This document shows positions 27,101 to 40,624 of a stretch of 64,000 bases of DNA, piece after piece; positions within the stretch are counted from its first letter, which is position 1, and every line of letters begins with the position of its first letter. Source of the DNA: Lama guanicoe (taxonomy: Eukaryota); the NCBI GenBank assembly GCA_013239625.1, contig MU054212.1, positions 6,918,270-6,982,269 on the forward strand, read 5' to 3'. A program made the position numbers and the translations under genes. The notes below the pieces were generated by a model, which searched no databases, had not been told where the DNA came from, and was given only the letters and a program-made list of their open reading frames with translations.

Positions 27101-28742
27101 TATGTGACTACATAGCCCCCTCCTTGCCAGAAAGGTGCACTGCAGCTTGAAGAAATCGCTTTGAGAGGGGGCTGAGAAAGAGTGATGTGCTCATCCTCCA
27201 TCACAGTTACTGCAGGGAATGGGAGAGTGGGAAATACAAAAGGAAATTTGCAAGGATGAACGAGCAGAGAAAACCCCAATCTCTTCCAGTGTAAGCAGTG
27301 TGACAGGAAAAGTCTTGCCTAAAAGAACAAATAAGTAAAGAACCTTCCATGACAAATGAGGGAATGCAGAAAAGAGATATGGGTGAAAGGGATAAGAGTA
27401 CATGATGAGTACAATTCAAGCAATCTTCGAATCTTTGCAAACATGGAAAAAAAGCACCCTCAATATTGTACTCCGGAAGAGTTTATCTTTTCTACTATCT
27501 GGTTTATACTAGCTACAGTGTTAAACCACAGGCTGTGGGGAAATAAATCACCTCCCTTAAAATTTAAAAAAAAAAAAACTTTTGAAAATTATCATAAAGC
27601 TAAAAGTGGAAAGCTGTTCCAAGGGGAGATCACAGTAAACAAATACAGAAAAGATTCATTATTTTTTTCAACAAAGAGAAATTTAAATACATTTAGCATA
27701 AAAAGTTCTAAATTAGTAATCACATAATTTAAGGAAAGCTTGAATACCCTTAAGCAGAGGAGAGCGAACTTAGAGTGTTTTCAATTGTGACTTTTACAGA
27801 AGATCTGACATAGAAATTATCATCTTGAAATATCTATGGATCAGTAGTTCCCAACATTATTTTCCTGCCCTGATGGTTCACCAGAATGACTATCCCTGGA
27901 TGGAGAAAGTAAGTATAGTCAGAAATAATAAAACCATTACCTCTAGTACCACCACCACCAACAACAAAATAATACAAAACAACAACAACAAAATCCAGGT
28001 TTCCAGAGTTCACCTTTAACCTTCCACAACGACTCTATCTTTCACCTGTTCAGTCATGCCTCTAACAAGAATTTACTGATTGCCTATTATGTGCCAAGCA
28101 CTATACTAAGTTTAGGTTAAATGTATCTGCTGTATTTGAAGAGGCCTGTTTCCAAATGCTTAGTTCTCTCACGTTCATATGTATACCATAAAACTTGGTT
28201 TGCCGTTCAAAATGTTTAGAATTACATATCCTTCTACCTTTCTAACAGGAAATTATCTTGATTTTTAATCCTAAGAGTTGCTTTAGACCAAGTGAAAGAG
28301 CTGATACATATTTTTGGCTGTCTATTTTAGTCCTAAATGACAACTTATTTTCACTTAATTAATTTCTCTAAATTTCAACTTAATTGTCATATATGGTGAC
28401 AGCCAATTCAAGACCACTTCCTCTGTCTGTAGTCCAGACGTAGATAACCACACTGATCATGCATGTTAGCAATCTGAGAAAGTTATTTTCTCACCTGTGT
28501 AGTGACCAAAACATGGTCTAAGATTTTTTTTTTAATAGCAAGTCTCTAATTCTGCTTTAAAAAACAGGAACAAAAACATGGTAGAGATTAAAGTCCATAT
28601 GCTGCTTTATCAGTAGGAAACCTCTCCCTGAGTTTCCTTTCTTAGCTTCACCTTGAAGTTTTGGGGTGATTTTTTTTTCTTTTTAACAAATTCTCAAAAG
28701 GGAAAAGTAATCTACTTCATCCATGAAGGAGAAAACTTGCTC

Positions 28743-29010
28743 AGTGCCAAATATTTGAATCCTCTGTTGGACCGTTCTTTTTCAACTTTGTCAAACTGGA
28801 AGCTGTTTCCCAGAACTCCCTTCCCTGCATAACTTCATGTTTGCAGAGACCAAAAGAACAACAGGTGATAGATTTGGCAGGTGTAAGTGAAGCCCTGGCT
28901 GTAACTTCTTGAAGGTTACTGCAGCCAGATACATTGACAGAAGAGGCAGTGACGGACAGACACAGCTTGCCATTACTCCCCACTGCTCCACATCCAGCTT
29001 ATCTTCACCA
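28743..29010 (+). mobile_element. ERVL-class LTR fragment (LTR50/LTR33-like)
   Basis: tttcccagaactcccttccctgcat...gatttggcaggtgtaagtgaagc...gtgacggacagacacag. Confidence 0.55.
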
Positions 29011-29049
29011 GCAGCCTCCCCTGAACAGAAGATTACTCTTCTTGTATGA

Positions 29050-29864
29050 AGAACCAGTAATGACCTCTCTTAATATCAATGCCTTTCACTGGAACACTGA
29101 CCTCCGTAAGACTCACCCTCAACATACCTCATTGCTCCTAGACTTATAACCAGATTCAAGTTCTGGGATGACTCAAGGGTGAGATACAGTGTGACCTGTG
29201 AATATGCACCACATTCATCAAAAGAACTGCAAGAATTTGCCAATTTATATAAACAAGAGCTTGGGGAATATATCCATGTGTTAGATCAGGGTGGAAGAAA
29301 ATAAGGTTGGATTGGGCCAAATTTATTCACATGATTGCACTAAGGAGAGGTTTTGAATTCAAAATGTCAGCTTGATCAGGTGGAGAAAATTCTATTTGCT
29401 TGGTGGGTCAACTAAAACCAAGACCCAAAGGTGGCCTATACTAAAGGAATTTGAAATGCTATAACATCCTTGGAATATGGAGGAAGGTAGCCAAAGTGTC
29501 ATCAATCTCTGCCTATGTTCTCTTGGAAGGTCCAGAGGACACACTCTTTCCCAGGCTTTGAGACATACAGTGAGGAAGGAAATGTCAACATTCACAAAGA
29601 ACTCTGTTAGTGGTTAGTCCTGGCAAGTCAGGGTAGCCATGGGAAATAATGCCACCAAAATCATTTATCTGAATTCAAGGGGGATGAAAGAATGCTGGAG
29701 TTGACAGGAACCAAATAACACTATAAAATCAGCAGGGAAAAAAAAAGATAAAATGGTGGGCTCAGGTGTGGAGTCAGTTGGGTTAAAAACATTCTGCAGG
29801 GTAGGGCAATGTCCTCCAGGATTCACTATAAGCTCTAAATCAATATATGGTACAGATTCATGGC
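29050..29864 (+). mobile_element. ERVL internal remnant: degenerate gag, then integrase-end fragment
   Basis: Interrupted peptides KELQEFANLYKQELGEYI, VLDQGGR, DWAKFI and QRWPILKEFEM resemble ERVL Gag. ctgcagggtagggcaatgtcctccagg...gctctaaatca resembles the late pol/IN region. Confidence 0.75.
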
Positions 29865-30449
29865 TATAGTAGGCAAATTCTTATAGATGTTCCCAAAAGA
29901 TTCCCATCTTCTGGTTAATCAGTAGTATCTAATCTAGGTACTACTAAGAAAAGACTTTGTAAGTGGAGTTAAGGCTACTAATCAGCTATCCTTAAAACAG
30001 GGAGATCATCTTGGATTATCAAAGCAAGCCCAATGGAATGACATGAAACCTGAAAAGTAGCAGAAGAAGACAGAAAAGGAAAGCAGGACAGGTGGGTCAG
30101 AAGGGGAGGTCAGAGGGATTCCAAAGGTAAGAAGGATCTGACCCACCTGCTGGTTCTGAGGTGGGGGCCATGTGCTAAGAGCTCAGAGTGGCCTGAGCTG
30201 ACAGCCAGCAACTAAATGGACACTCATGTCTCAAAATCACAAGGAACCAAATTCCTCCAACAAACTGAGTAAGTCTGAAGTCACAGTGTCCCTCAGCGTC
30301 TCTACTAAAGAACGCTACTCTGCCAGCCCCTAAATTTCCGCAGAACCTGCCAGATGTTTCATCTACAGAACTGTGAGATAATGAATGGATGCTATTTTAA
30401 GCATCTTAGTTTGTGGTAGTTTGTTGGTTGGCTGTAATCAACAAACACA
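29865..30449 (+). mobile_element. MaLR LTR (MLT1E-like) inserted in ERVL remnant
   Basis: tatagtaggcaaattct start, taatcagctatccttaaaacagggagatcatcttggattatc, gctgacagccagcaa, ctacagaactgtgagataat, and tttgtggtagtttgtt end. Confidence 0.8.
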
Positions 30450-30860
30450 GGCAGAATGGCTAATGATACAAATCCTACAGAAATGAAGATTTGGGTCATC
30501 CCAATAGACAAGCAACCAAACCAGGGGAGGTGCCTGCTGAGGACAAGGTGTATAAGTAGCAGAAAAACAAAGTTACAATTACCAGCTATGATCATGCTGT
30601 AAAACAAGGATCATCGAAGTTATGATTATTTCTTTTAGTTTTGATATGAATACATTTGCATGTTATATATATATATATACACTCATATATATAGATAAAT
30701 ACACACACATTATATATATGTGTGTGTATACATATACAGACACACACACACACTTTTTTCTTCCCTATGCATTTCACTTACTATTTAATATAATATGTAT
30801 AACAGTGGTTAACTTTATATCTTGGTATTTAAATATCAGGATAACATATGAGGAGTTTAC
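30450..30860 (+). mobile_element. ERVL internal 3' region with TA/CA microsatellite
   Basis: gaaatgaagatttgggtcatccca...gaggtgcctgctgaggacaagg...taccagctatga resembles the ERVL 3' internal region. (TA)n/(CA)n tracts lie at 30664-30753. Confidence 0.6.
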
Positions 30861-30899
30861 TTAAGTGTACAAAAAGTGTACAAAATGATATGTACTTTG

Positions 30900-31120
30900 T
30901 GTATAACTGACAAAATTGTATATATTTAGGTTGTACAAGGTGATGCTTTAATATACATATACACTGTGAAATTATTACCACAATCAAGTTAACACATCTA
31001 TCACCTCACATAGTTACTAGCATTTCGTGTGTGTTTGTTGTGTGTGTGTGGTGAGAAAAAAATTAAGATCTATTCTCATAGCAAATTTCAAGTATAAAAT
31101 ATGTCTGTTAACTATACTTT
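30900..31120 (-). mobile_element. L1MA-type 3' end
   Basis: ataactgacaaaattgtatatatttaggttgtacaag...gtgaaattattaccacaatcaagttaacacatctatcacctcacatagtta...agcaaatttcaagtata. Confidence 0.8.
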
Positions 31121-31154
31121 TAGTATGAATATCAATCACCAAGCTTACAAGGTG

Positions 31155-31400
31155 CAGATCTTGGACTTTCAGCCTCCAGAATGACGAAAAATAAACTTCT
31201 ATTTTTAATAAGGTACTCAGTCTCTGTATTTTATTATAGCAGTTGAATGAACTAAGACAAGTGCTTTCCTGAGTTCTGTGAGTTTTCTACAAAATCACTG
31301 ATCTTGATGGTGGTTTTAGGGATCTTCTGAATTTGTACCCAGCTGGTCTGAAGCGAGAACAGTCCATGGGGACTGTGCCCTGACTGCAGTTTTTTCTTTT
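31155..31400 (+). mobile_element. MLT1A/B-like LTR 3' end abutting a MER21-like LTR fragment
   Basis: ttggactttcagcctccagaa...ttattatagcagttgaatgaactaagaca, then gctttcctgagttctgtgag...cttctgaatttgtacccagctggtctgaag. Confidence 0.6.
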
Positions 31401-32677
31401 TCTAACTCCTGTTATTAAAGAGAAATGTCATTACATGCCAAGATGTCAAAAGCTGAGCACACAAACATCTTTAAATTAGGAGTGCAAACTATGGTACTAA
31501 GTTCTCTTACCTCACCACTCCTGATAATATTCCGTCCCCAACATACACAGCCTGCCTGTCTCCCATCACACAGAGGGTGGGTACAGCGTTGTAATAGGAA
31601 TGAGCTGAAAATTGGGAGATACTCTGTTCTGTACATCTGAGTAAGGCGTTCCTGGTGACCATAAGTCTCATTTACTAACAGACATTTTTAAAAGCCTTGA
31701 TACACTGTATTCTGTCTATTTTTTACCTTGGGAAGTACCCTTATTCAAGTTAACTGAGCTTTAATTTCCCTTGACTGATCCTAGTACCCAAAGAACAATG
31801 ACCACTGTAAGGCCACCAGCACTGGTGACAGCAGTAATGGCATCCTACTGCTTTACCCTTTACTGAGGGCTTTCTGCATATGTGGGCAGGGTGGGGCGTA
31901 CCAGAAAGAGCACTCATTTGAATCCCACGTGTGGAACCTAAAAGCTGAGTGACTATGGGAGAGTGTTGTTTAATGTCTAAAAGTTCCCCAACTGCAAGGG
32001 GAAAATTTTAAAAATAAAATCTCTGCTGCCTACCACACTGGATTGCTTTATCAACGAGATAATCCTTGTACTTATACCCTGAAAAAGCGACTTAGAGTTG
32101 CCAAAGGTAGAAATCAACATCTTTTATCACAAAGCTGTCCTTTTTTTAGAATTCAACTCTAGTCTACACTTATGGAAAAACAACGCAGAAATATGAGTCA
32201 AAAGCTAAAAATATTTTTACTAATTTTTTTGTTTTGTTCATTCATTGTCTTTTGCTACAAAGTGTGTTTCACATTATAAAAATCAACAAAGGTTACTGAA
32301 AAACATTTTCATTATTTTATATAGTACTGAAAAGGAGCATGACACCATACAATAGTCTGTATATTCCATTTCTTTTATCTTTATAGCCTATTTCATTTCC
32401 TCTCAAACTGTTATTATTGTCATGGCACCCAAATTTGAGATATGCAGCTCCCTCAAGAGGTCAGGTATACATGTTCTCTATAACCAAATAAATCAGACAG
32501 TGGGAGGGCTATCTGGGTAATGTTAACAACATGCCCCATAGGACACTGTACAAGTCACACCTGTGATACCTGTCAGAGCATCAGGGCCAGATTCAAAAAT
32601 CCTAAGTTTAAAAGGAAGTTCATGGTGTTGATACTAAGAAAAGCCACTGATAACTCACTACATAGTAATAGCTATTT

Positions 32678-32782
32678 TCTCCCTCTGTCTCTCTTCCTGT
32701 GTCTGCCTCCCTCCCTCTCTCTCTCCTCACCTTCACTTTCACTCACTCTTTCTCTCCCTCATCTTTTTATCTCAATCTCTCC
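32678..32782. repeat. CT-rich low-complexity tract
   Basis: tctccctctgtctctcttcctgtgtctgcctccctccctctctctctcctc... Confidence 0.75.
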
Positions 32783-33849
32783 TGGAAATCTTCAGAGAAA
32801 CAGAAACAAATTAGAAAGTCTTAGTAAATGAAAACAGTTTCCTGGTTGTGCTGGAGCACTTGTGGTTAAGATCTATGCTTATGACCATGATAACCCTGTA
32901 GATACCTCATTTATGCAACATTAAATTCATTTTTTGTGAGAGCAAGATGAGGTGCCCTTCCTGAAGGTGACAACTAAAGTAAAATTCAAACAATTTAAAG
33001 GAAGATGGACAGGACAATTGGAGGTTCTTTTAATTATATGTACAGCCAAAATAAAAATAACGTGTTATGTTATGCAGCACTGCTTACCCATTTATAAGTG
33101 ATATTTTTTAAAAATTCTTGATTATAGACTATGATATATAAGTATGTATTTATAATAACTTACAAAATATAATGTAATTTTCTTAATGCCTTTATTAATG
33201 GCATAGGTGAAGCAAAACCATACAAAGTCTTGGTGGTCTCAATAAATTCACTCTCTGTCTTTGAAAATTTTTTGCTAAGTAGAGAAAAGTTGACAATATT
33301 TACAAGTTGTATTGTAACATTCTCTTCCTTTGATTCTGTCTCAGATTATCAAAATGCATGAAAATAATACCATGATTCTCCTCTGTGAGGCTGGTATGCT
33401 TCTCAGAGTTAAGAGCTGTGCTTTATTTGAACAATTCTCAGAGTCTAAAATAGTGTATTTTATGTAGTAGGAACTCAGAATTTACTGACTATTGAACTAA
33501 ACCATTATCCAGTCTAAATGTTTCCGATGTGAACTCTGGAAGTGCTATCGTTGTCACACAAGCTCATATCACATTTCATTCCCATCACACAACACCGGAA
33601 ACAACTGTTTGCATTAACTAAATCTGGGCCTAAATGAAAGAATGTTCATTTCTCAAGGACCCACAGAGTAGAGGGCCGAGTTGCAGTTAGAATAATTCTA
33701 GAGCTCCATTATTACTTTCAAACCATTATTCCTCCATGCTAATGTAAAAAAAAAATCCTTGTTTTGAATTTTATATTATCAAAGAATATACTCCTCTACC
33801 TTCTCCCACCCTACTTCACTGTCATTTAATAATTTGCTGGTCATTTTCC

Positions 33850-35710
33850 CACACTAAGGGAAGACTCTGACCCATGGGACTCAATCTTCTCTTTCTGTCT
33901 ATATCTTGTTCCACCATCATTCTATTTTACTTCCATGTCTATCTGGAAGACCTATCCAACATTTTAATCTTAGGGTGTATGGACTTACTCAAATCTAGTT
34001 AACTTCAACTCCATGTCCCAATTCATACCGTGGACACCTTTCTGACTTTGCTATCATCTGGAATGGCACCACAGCTGGAGTCCTAAATTCCAGTCCTTTA
34101 CTTTCCGACTACAATCTCTGAGCCCTCGCTTCCTCTGTTCTTGAAACATTTTCCATATCACAATCACCCAACCCAAGATTCAAGATTCATTTTCTTCTCA
34201 GCCTTCCCTGTATAACTAAAGATTTCCTGAACTTGCTAACTCAATGTATATGCTTAGTTTTCACAATAATACCGCCATTCAAACTCTTGTTCCTTAAGTT
34301 CTAGACTCTTATGCAACTGGGCATGAGACTCCAAGTAGCTCCTCCAAATGTATCTCAAATTTGAATCTAGTTTCAAACCTGTTCTTCAGTCCATACTCTC
34401 CGTTTTGTGGATGTTGACATCACTAACCATTGTGTTGTCAATCAAAAACTTGATATATATTTGGATAATTTTTCTTACTATCTGTCCAAATAGTCAGCAG
34501 GTTCTGCCTATTAACCTGAAAAAGACCTTGAAATTCACCTTTTTATCTTGCTAGAACCACATCATTTCACCAATAAATTGTCTGTTGTTTTGTTTTTTGG
34601 TTTTTTTGTTGTTTGTTTGTTTTTGCTAACAGACTTTATATTTTTAGAGCAGTCTCAGGTTCACAGCAGAATTGAGCAGAAAATACAAAGTTTGCACATA
34701 GCCCTCCCCACCGACACATATATACTCCTCTACCCTCAACATCCCTCATCAGTGTGGCATATTTGGTACAATCGATGAACCAACATGGATACATTATTAT
34801 CAACCAAAGTCCACAGTTTACATTAGAGTTTACTCTTGATGTTGTACATTCTATGGGTTTTGACAAATGCATAATGACATGTAGCCACCACTACAGAACC
34901 ATACAGAATAATTTCATTTTGCCCTAAAAATCCCTTTTGCTCCATCTATTCATTCCAATAAACTTTTGGTTGGTATCACTGCATCCAAACCATTCATTCC
35001 TTTCCAACTGATTACATGTAATCAATGACTGCCAGCCATTGTCTTGTCATGGAATACAAAGAAAAGAAATGGTCACCACATCACACTGGGGCACAGGGAC
35101 AAGGCTCTTCAAGGACAGATTCTTCTCTGACCAGTGTCAGCCATCTTAGGCCCTTCCCAACTCTAACTGTTGATGAGAATCAACGTTTCAGTCCACCTGG
35201 GCCCCTTAGCACAGCACCAGTGTGCCACAGGAGACCAGTGGGAATCTCTGCCAAGTCTAGAGGGATTTTCCTCAGCTGCTATGATAGTTCTGTTACTCTT
35301 CTGATAAATTATTTGCCAAACATAATACATTACCTCCACTTCCCTAAACACCTACTTATTTTTGACACCTGCATGCCTTCCCTCTTATGTTTTCACCACT
35401 TGAAGCACACTTTCCTTGGCTAATTTGTTCCCACCTTCCAAGACTTAGTTCTGCTCTTAACGCCATAGCAAGCTTTCTCAAATTTCCTTCAAGGTCTCCT
35501 TGGGTTCCAGAGAATCCTGTGCTTAATTTTAGAAAAGCAGTTGTTGCACCTTATTTTAACTTACTTGTACCTGTTTCTTCACCACTGCTCAGTGAAGCTA
35601 AAATGAGAGCAGGTGTTACCCTGTATTTACTACACTCAGAATCTCACCCAGATTCTAACTCTCAGAACATGACTTCAAAATGAATGAATAAATGAATGAA
35701 TCGATGAATA
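33850..35710 (+). mobile_element. Fragmented L2 remnant ending in a (TGAA)n tail, interrupted by younger inserts
   Basis: L2-like pyrimidine-rich segments, with terminal aatgaatgaataaatgaatgaatcgatgaat at 35679-35710. Confidence 0.55.
34578..34954 (-). mobile_element. L1MC1-like 3' end
   Basis: T-rich tail, then agactttatatttttagagcagtctcaggttcacagcagaattgagcagaaaatac...gttgtacattctatgggttttgacaaatg. Flanked by ccaataaa at 34570-34577 and 34955-34962 (possible TSD). Confidence 0.85.
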
Positions 35711-37940
35711 ACAATTTCCTTTATCCTTGACAAAGTAAACTGAAATACAAATCTCACTTTTTCACTTATTCTTTTAGGAGTCACATCACTTCATTTGGAC
35801 TTCAGTACTTATTCTGTCCTCGACATTGTGATGGACTCTGGAAGGACTCAAAAGTATGAGTGAGGTATCATTCTCTTCCTCTAAGGCCATCACCAATTGA
35901 CAAAGGAACCAAATATTTAAGCAAAAACGCATTATAAGACATATAATACAATCTCTCCCTCATTCTTGTCTCTTTCTACTTTGTGGGAAAATACACCTGG
36001 GATTTGCAATTTGCAAACAAATAAATAGAAATATATAAGTTCCTATATCACAAGAATTCTGAAGTGGCCTTCTCTAACTTCTCTCAATGTTCTTGCTCCT
36101 TTCACCTTTATATTTAAGCTTCTGTCTTTACAAATCTACTGATACCACCCTTTATATCACTGATGCTCTACCAATGGCCAAATTAAGAATGCATGACTCA
36201 ACACTTTGGCAGTGTTTGGCATGGCCTATCCCTGTGGAAATGGAATTCAGGCTTTCTGATTGACGCCAGTGTTTCTGGGCTGCAAGGACAGGCTCTTCAA
36301 GCCTGGAATACAAACTTCTGAGGAGTGGGCTCCAGTTGGCTGGTTCTGACATCTCTGAGGTGGGACACACACAAAAACCCAGTTCAGAAAGCATTGCAAA
36401 AGCTGCAAGTTTTATTCAGGCATGGCTATGAACAAGAACTGAATATGCATTTCTAGCTTAAAAAAATGACACATTTCTTCTTCCTCCTTCACCTTTCTAG
36501 CCTCCCACGAGTGCTCCATATTGGCAGACCCTAACCTAGAAGCCCGTGATGGAGGAGGAAGCCAGAGCCTGCAGAGCCGCAGAGAGATACTAATATAACA
36601 ACCTGAACATCCCCGTCTGCCTTCAGACACTCTCTAAGACTTTTCTTCAAAGCTTTCATGAGCTCTCACATCTTCAACTATCAACATGGGGGCTGACTCA
36701 GCAATCTTCTTACTTTCAATTCCTTCCTTCAAACTCTGCCTCCACATGGTGAATTACTAGGTACATTTCCACTTACATGGTCTCCACCTGTCCAAAACCG
36801 AGCATCTTCACAAGCCAATCATCAAAAGTCCTTTTTACCATAAATGCCACCATATTTTTTTCAAGTCAGCCAATATCCTACCACCTCCTATATTTGCTGT
36901 TCTTTCACCTGCGTATCACACCCATTTATAGCAACAGTCTCTGCTAAGTCTACACCCTCATTCCTGTTCCATCACTGTCTCATTACTTCCCTCTGATGAC
37001 AAAAGGGTTCTTTTTGTAACTTATACCTGCAACTTGTGCTTTCATTTCATTTCATCCTACATGACGCTGTCTAATTAATCTTGCTCCTGCCTATCTGAGC
37101 ACACTGCACTCCACAGAAATTGTTCATGTCTCCCACTGCTTTACAAATTAAGTGTAAACTTTTCAACTGGGTCTTCATGATACATCCAAACCTACGCTCT
37201 CGGCTTTATCTCCCATTGTTTATCTGTATTATTAATATGAGAGCACATTTAGATGGAAATTTGAAACAGTAATATAATTAAGAGTAGAATGTCTCCACTT
37301 TATATTACTAAAAGCAATAAAATCAAACCACAATAGTCAATACACCAAAAAAGTAATAATGATAAAAGTAGAAAGGTAGTATCAATACAGAAAGCATTAA
37401 GCAAGATGACAGACGCAAGGACCAGTAAAACTATCATATAAATTAAATAAATTACTAAATAAGAATAGATTGAAAAAGCAAAATCATTCTAAATATTGTT
37501 CTATAAAGGTTACAAATGCACATGTAAAAAATAAGCCACAATATTTGATAATAAAATGCAATATTAGATTAGTCTAGGAAGAAGAGCAGAGGTTGATAAT
37601 TTAACCTCAGAACAATACATAGGAGAGAACTGTGTTTATATAAACGATATTAAGGCCATTTAATAGTTATGAGTCTGTATGTACTGAATAACATGACCTA
37701 CAAATATATAAAGTAAAACCCACAAATTAATTCACTTAAGAAATTTCAACATACTACCAATAGACTACAACATTCAAACAGACTAAAATATAGGAACTTT
37801 TATGTCATGAAAAGTATAATTTGGTTGAACTAAACACTTCATTAATTTATTTGCTCACACATTATCTATGGAGCAAAAGTTTCCATGATTATGTTTGATA
37901 ACCCAGTGCAAATTAAACAAAAGTATTTAACAGAAATGTA

Positions 37941-39914
37941 TTTTCCTCTTGCTTTATTAAAGCATAATTGATAAAGTTAAATATACTTAAAATGCAGAAT
38001 GTGATGACTTGATGTATGTATAAACTGTGAAATGATTACTATGATCAGGTTAATTACCACATCCCCATCACCTCGTAGCTATCTTCTTGTGCGTGTGTGT
38101 GTATGCTAAGAATGCTTAAGATCTACTCTGTAGTAAATTTCAAGTACACAATATAGTGTTAAGTATAGTCACTGTGCTATACATAAGATCCTCAGACGTT
38201 GCTGATCTTATAACTGAAGGCTTGTACCCTCTAACCCGCATCTCGCCTATTTCACTTATCCCCTTACCCCTGGTAACCATCATTCTACTCTGTTTCCATG
38301 AGTTCAACTTTTTTTTTATTTTTTAAGATCCCACAAACAGTATCATCACACAATATTTACCCTTCTCTGTCTGGCTTATTTCACTTATTCAGCATAATGT
38401 CCTCTAGGTTCATCCATCTCATTGCAAATGGCAAGCTCTCCTTCTGTCTCATGGCTAAATAGCATTCACTATACATTTTTTCTCACATTTTCTTTATTCA
38501 TTCCTCCATTAACAGACACAGGTTGTTTCTACATCTTGGCTATTGTGAATAATGCTACAATGAACATGGAAGTGCAGATATCTCTTTGAGATACTGAGTT
38601 TGTTTCCTTCTAATGTATACAGAGAAGTGGGTTGCTGGATATACAGTATTTCTACTTTTAATTTTTTGAGGACTCTCCAAACTGTTCTCAATAATGGCTA
38701 TATCCATTTGCATTCCCACCAACAATGTAAAAAGGTTCCCTTCTTTCTACAACTTGGACAAAACTTGTTATCTCTTACATTTATGATAAAAGCTAATCTG
38801 ACAGGTGTGAGGTGATAATTCATTGTGGTTTTGATTTGCATTTCCCTTATGATTAGTGATGTTGAATACCTTTATTTTTTCATTTATCTGTTGGCCAACT
38901 ACATGTATGTCTTCTTTGGAAAAATGCCACTTCAGGCCCTTCACCCCTCTGAGACTTTCTCATACCTTTTCTATGGATGTATCTGCTCCATTCTTCTTGT
39001 TCTTTCTTGGGGGTGGAATTTTATCTTTCCCTTTGTTTGAGTGCACCTGGAAGGCATGGACTGGGGTCTCCTGTTTGCATGTTCAGCCCTGAAGCCACTT
39101 TATAGATGTGCAGCTGGTACTGGAATTCTTAAGATTATATGCCTTCTCTTAAGCCTGCAAAGCCAGCTGAGTGCTGAAAGCTTCTTACTTCCTTTTCCTA
39201 GGGCAATGCTAAATGCTCAGGTTTGTGTGCTTTCTCTCAATCCCGCAGAGTTGGGTTGGTTTTCTGTGCATGCTCAATAGCCATCTGCAAAGGCTCACAC
39301 TGACTGCCCATGGGATGCACACAGGAGCTGCTCATGGGGACACCATGTGCGAGGGAGGTGCTCAGAGTGCTAAGCATACCCATGGGCCAGTAGGAAGTGT
39401 CTACTGGTAAAGCACCCCTAGATCTAATAGGCAGGCCTCCTGATGGAATCTGTATAGTAGAATACACATCACTTTGATGTGTTCCAAGCCCTGGCTGCTG
39501 TGTACTTATCTCTCCCTCAGTCATGCAGCTCACTTCGATATTCCGGACGGGGTGAGAAAGAAGTGGGCCTCTTGGCTGCACCCTACACAGCCGGGGAAGC
39601 TAAGCACGCACTCATATGCCCTCACTTTCACCCAGTGAGAGAAATCTCAGAAATTGCAGGCTAAGGGGGTTTCTTTTGGCACGGAGTTCAATGATTCCTT
39701 AGGGGAGAGGTGACATGGGTAAAACAAAACTTCCTTTTACCTTGTCCAACTCATCCTGTCTCAGGATTCCTTGCTTGATGATGTGCCAGAATTGCTCCAC
39801 TGAACTCTGCACTTCTATAAAAGTGCTCTTGCCCACTAGTGACTGTCAAAATTGGATTTCTTGAGGAAACACAGTAGGAAACTCCTATTATACTACCTTG
39901 CTGGACATCACTTC
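37941..39914 (-). mobile_element. Internally deleted L1 (L1MA9-like 3' end joined to L1 5' UTR)
   Basis: 37941-38946 is the L1 3' UTR and ORF2 C-terminus. 38947-39914 is 5' UTR-like sequence ending ccttgctggacatcacttc. The element is flanked by 12/14-identical direct repeats. Confidence 0.8.
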
Positions 39915-40624
39915 TTAACATAAATTTAAACAATACCCACTACCCTGTTCTCACAACCTATGGAAATGAAAAAATCTTATAAATAATGGTTTTACTTATT
40001 TATTGCCTTTTTCCCCTCAAAAAGTCTCAAGGAAGCTAAATTCCCTAACCTGGGACTAAGTCAATGTACAAGTAAAAATATTAAGTGAAATCACTATATA
40101 TTAAAATGGCATTCAGAGAATATCTGAATATTATGAGTAAGAAAGAAAAAACTATTCAACTCAAGTTGCTAAAAAAAAGAAAGAAATAGGAAATAAAATT
40201 ATGAAAATCAATCAAAGGGAATAATTAATAAAGAAAACAGCTAAAATTAATGAATTAGAAAACAAAAATAATTAATCTTCCTAAATAAATCAAAATGTGA
40301 AGTTTGTGGAAAAACAACCAAAGGCAAAAATTTAGCAAGACTAGTCAAGGAAAAGGAGAAAGAACAAAAGGCTAAGGCTAATTCATGAGAAAGCTATGAC
40401 TGCAGAAGCAGAAGAAATGAAACTAACCATATTTCATACAGCAGAATGATAAATTTGAAAAACTCATTAAAATGATCTTTTCTAGAAAAGATAACATTCA
40501 AATATTGACTCAAAATTAGAAAATATTAATTATGCAAAACCCAAAGAAGATGCTGACTAAATTTTAAAATGTTTTTCTTCAGAAAAGAGGCAAGCTCAGG
40601 AAATATCTTTTGGGAGGCAATTCA

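Noticed and set aside
27356..27727. 123-aa plus-strand ORF
   Set aside because: It includes a poly-A-derived lysine run, has no recognisable domain or exon structure, and is antisense within an intron.
29190..29500. Domesticated ERVL gag (Fv1-like) gene
   Set aside because: The Gag-like peptides are broken by stops and frameshifts, with no long ORF.
38509..39664. Group of 60-114 aa ORFs
   Set aside because: All fall within the deleted L1. 38509..38691 is degenerate ORF2 C-terminus and the others are chance frames.
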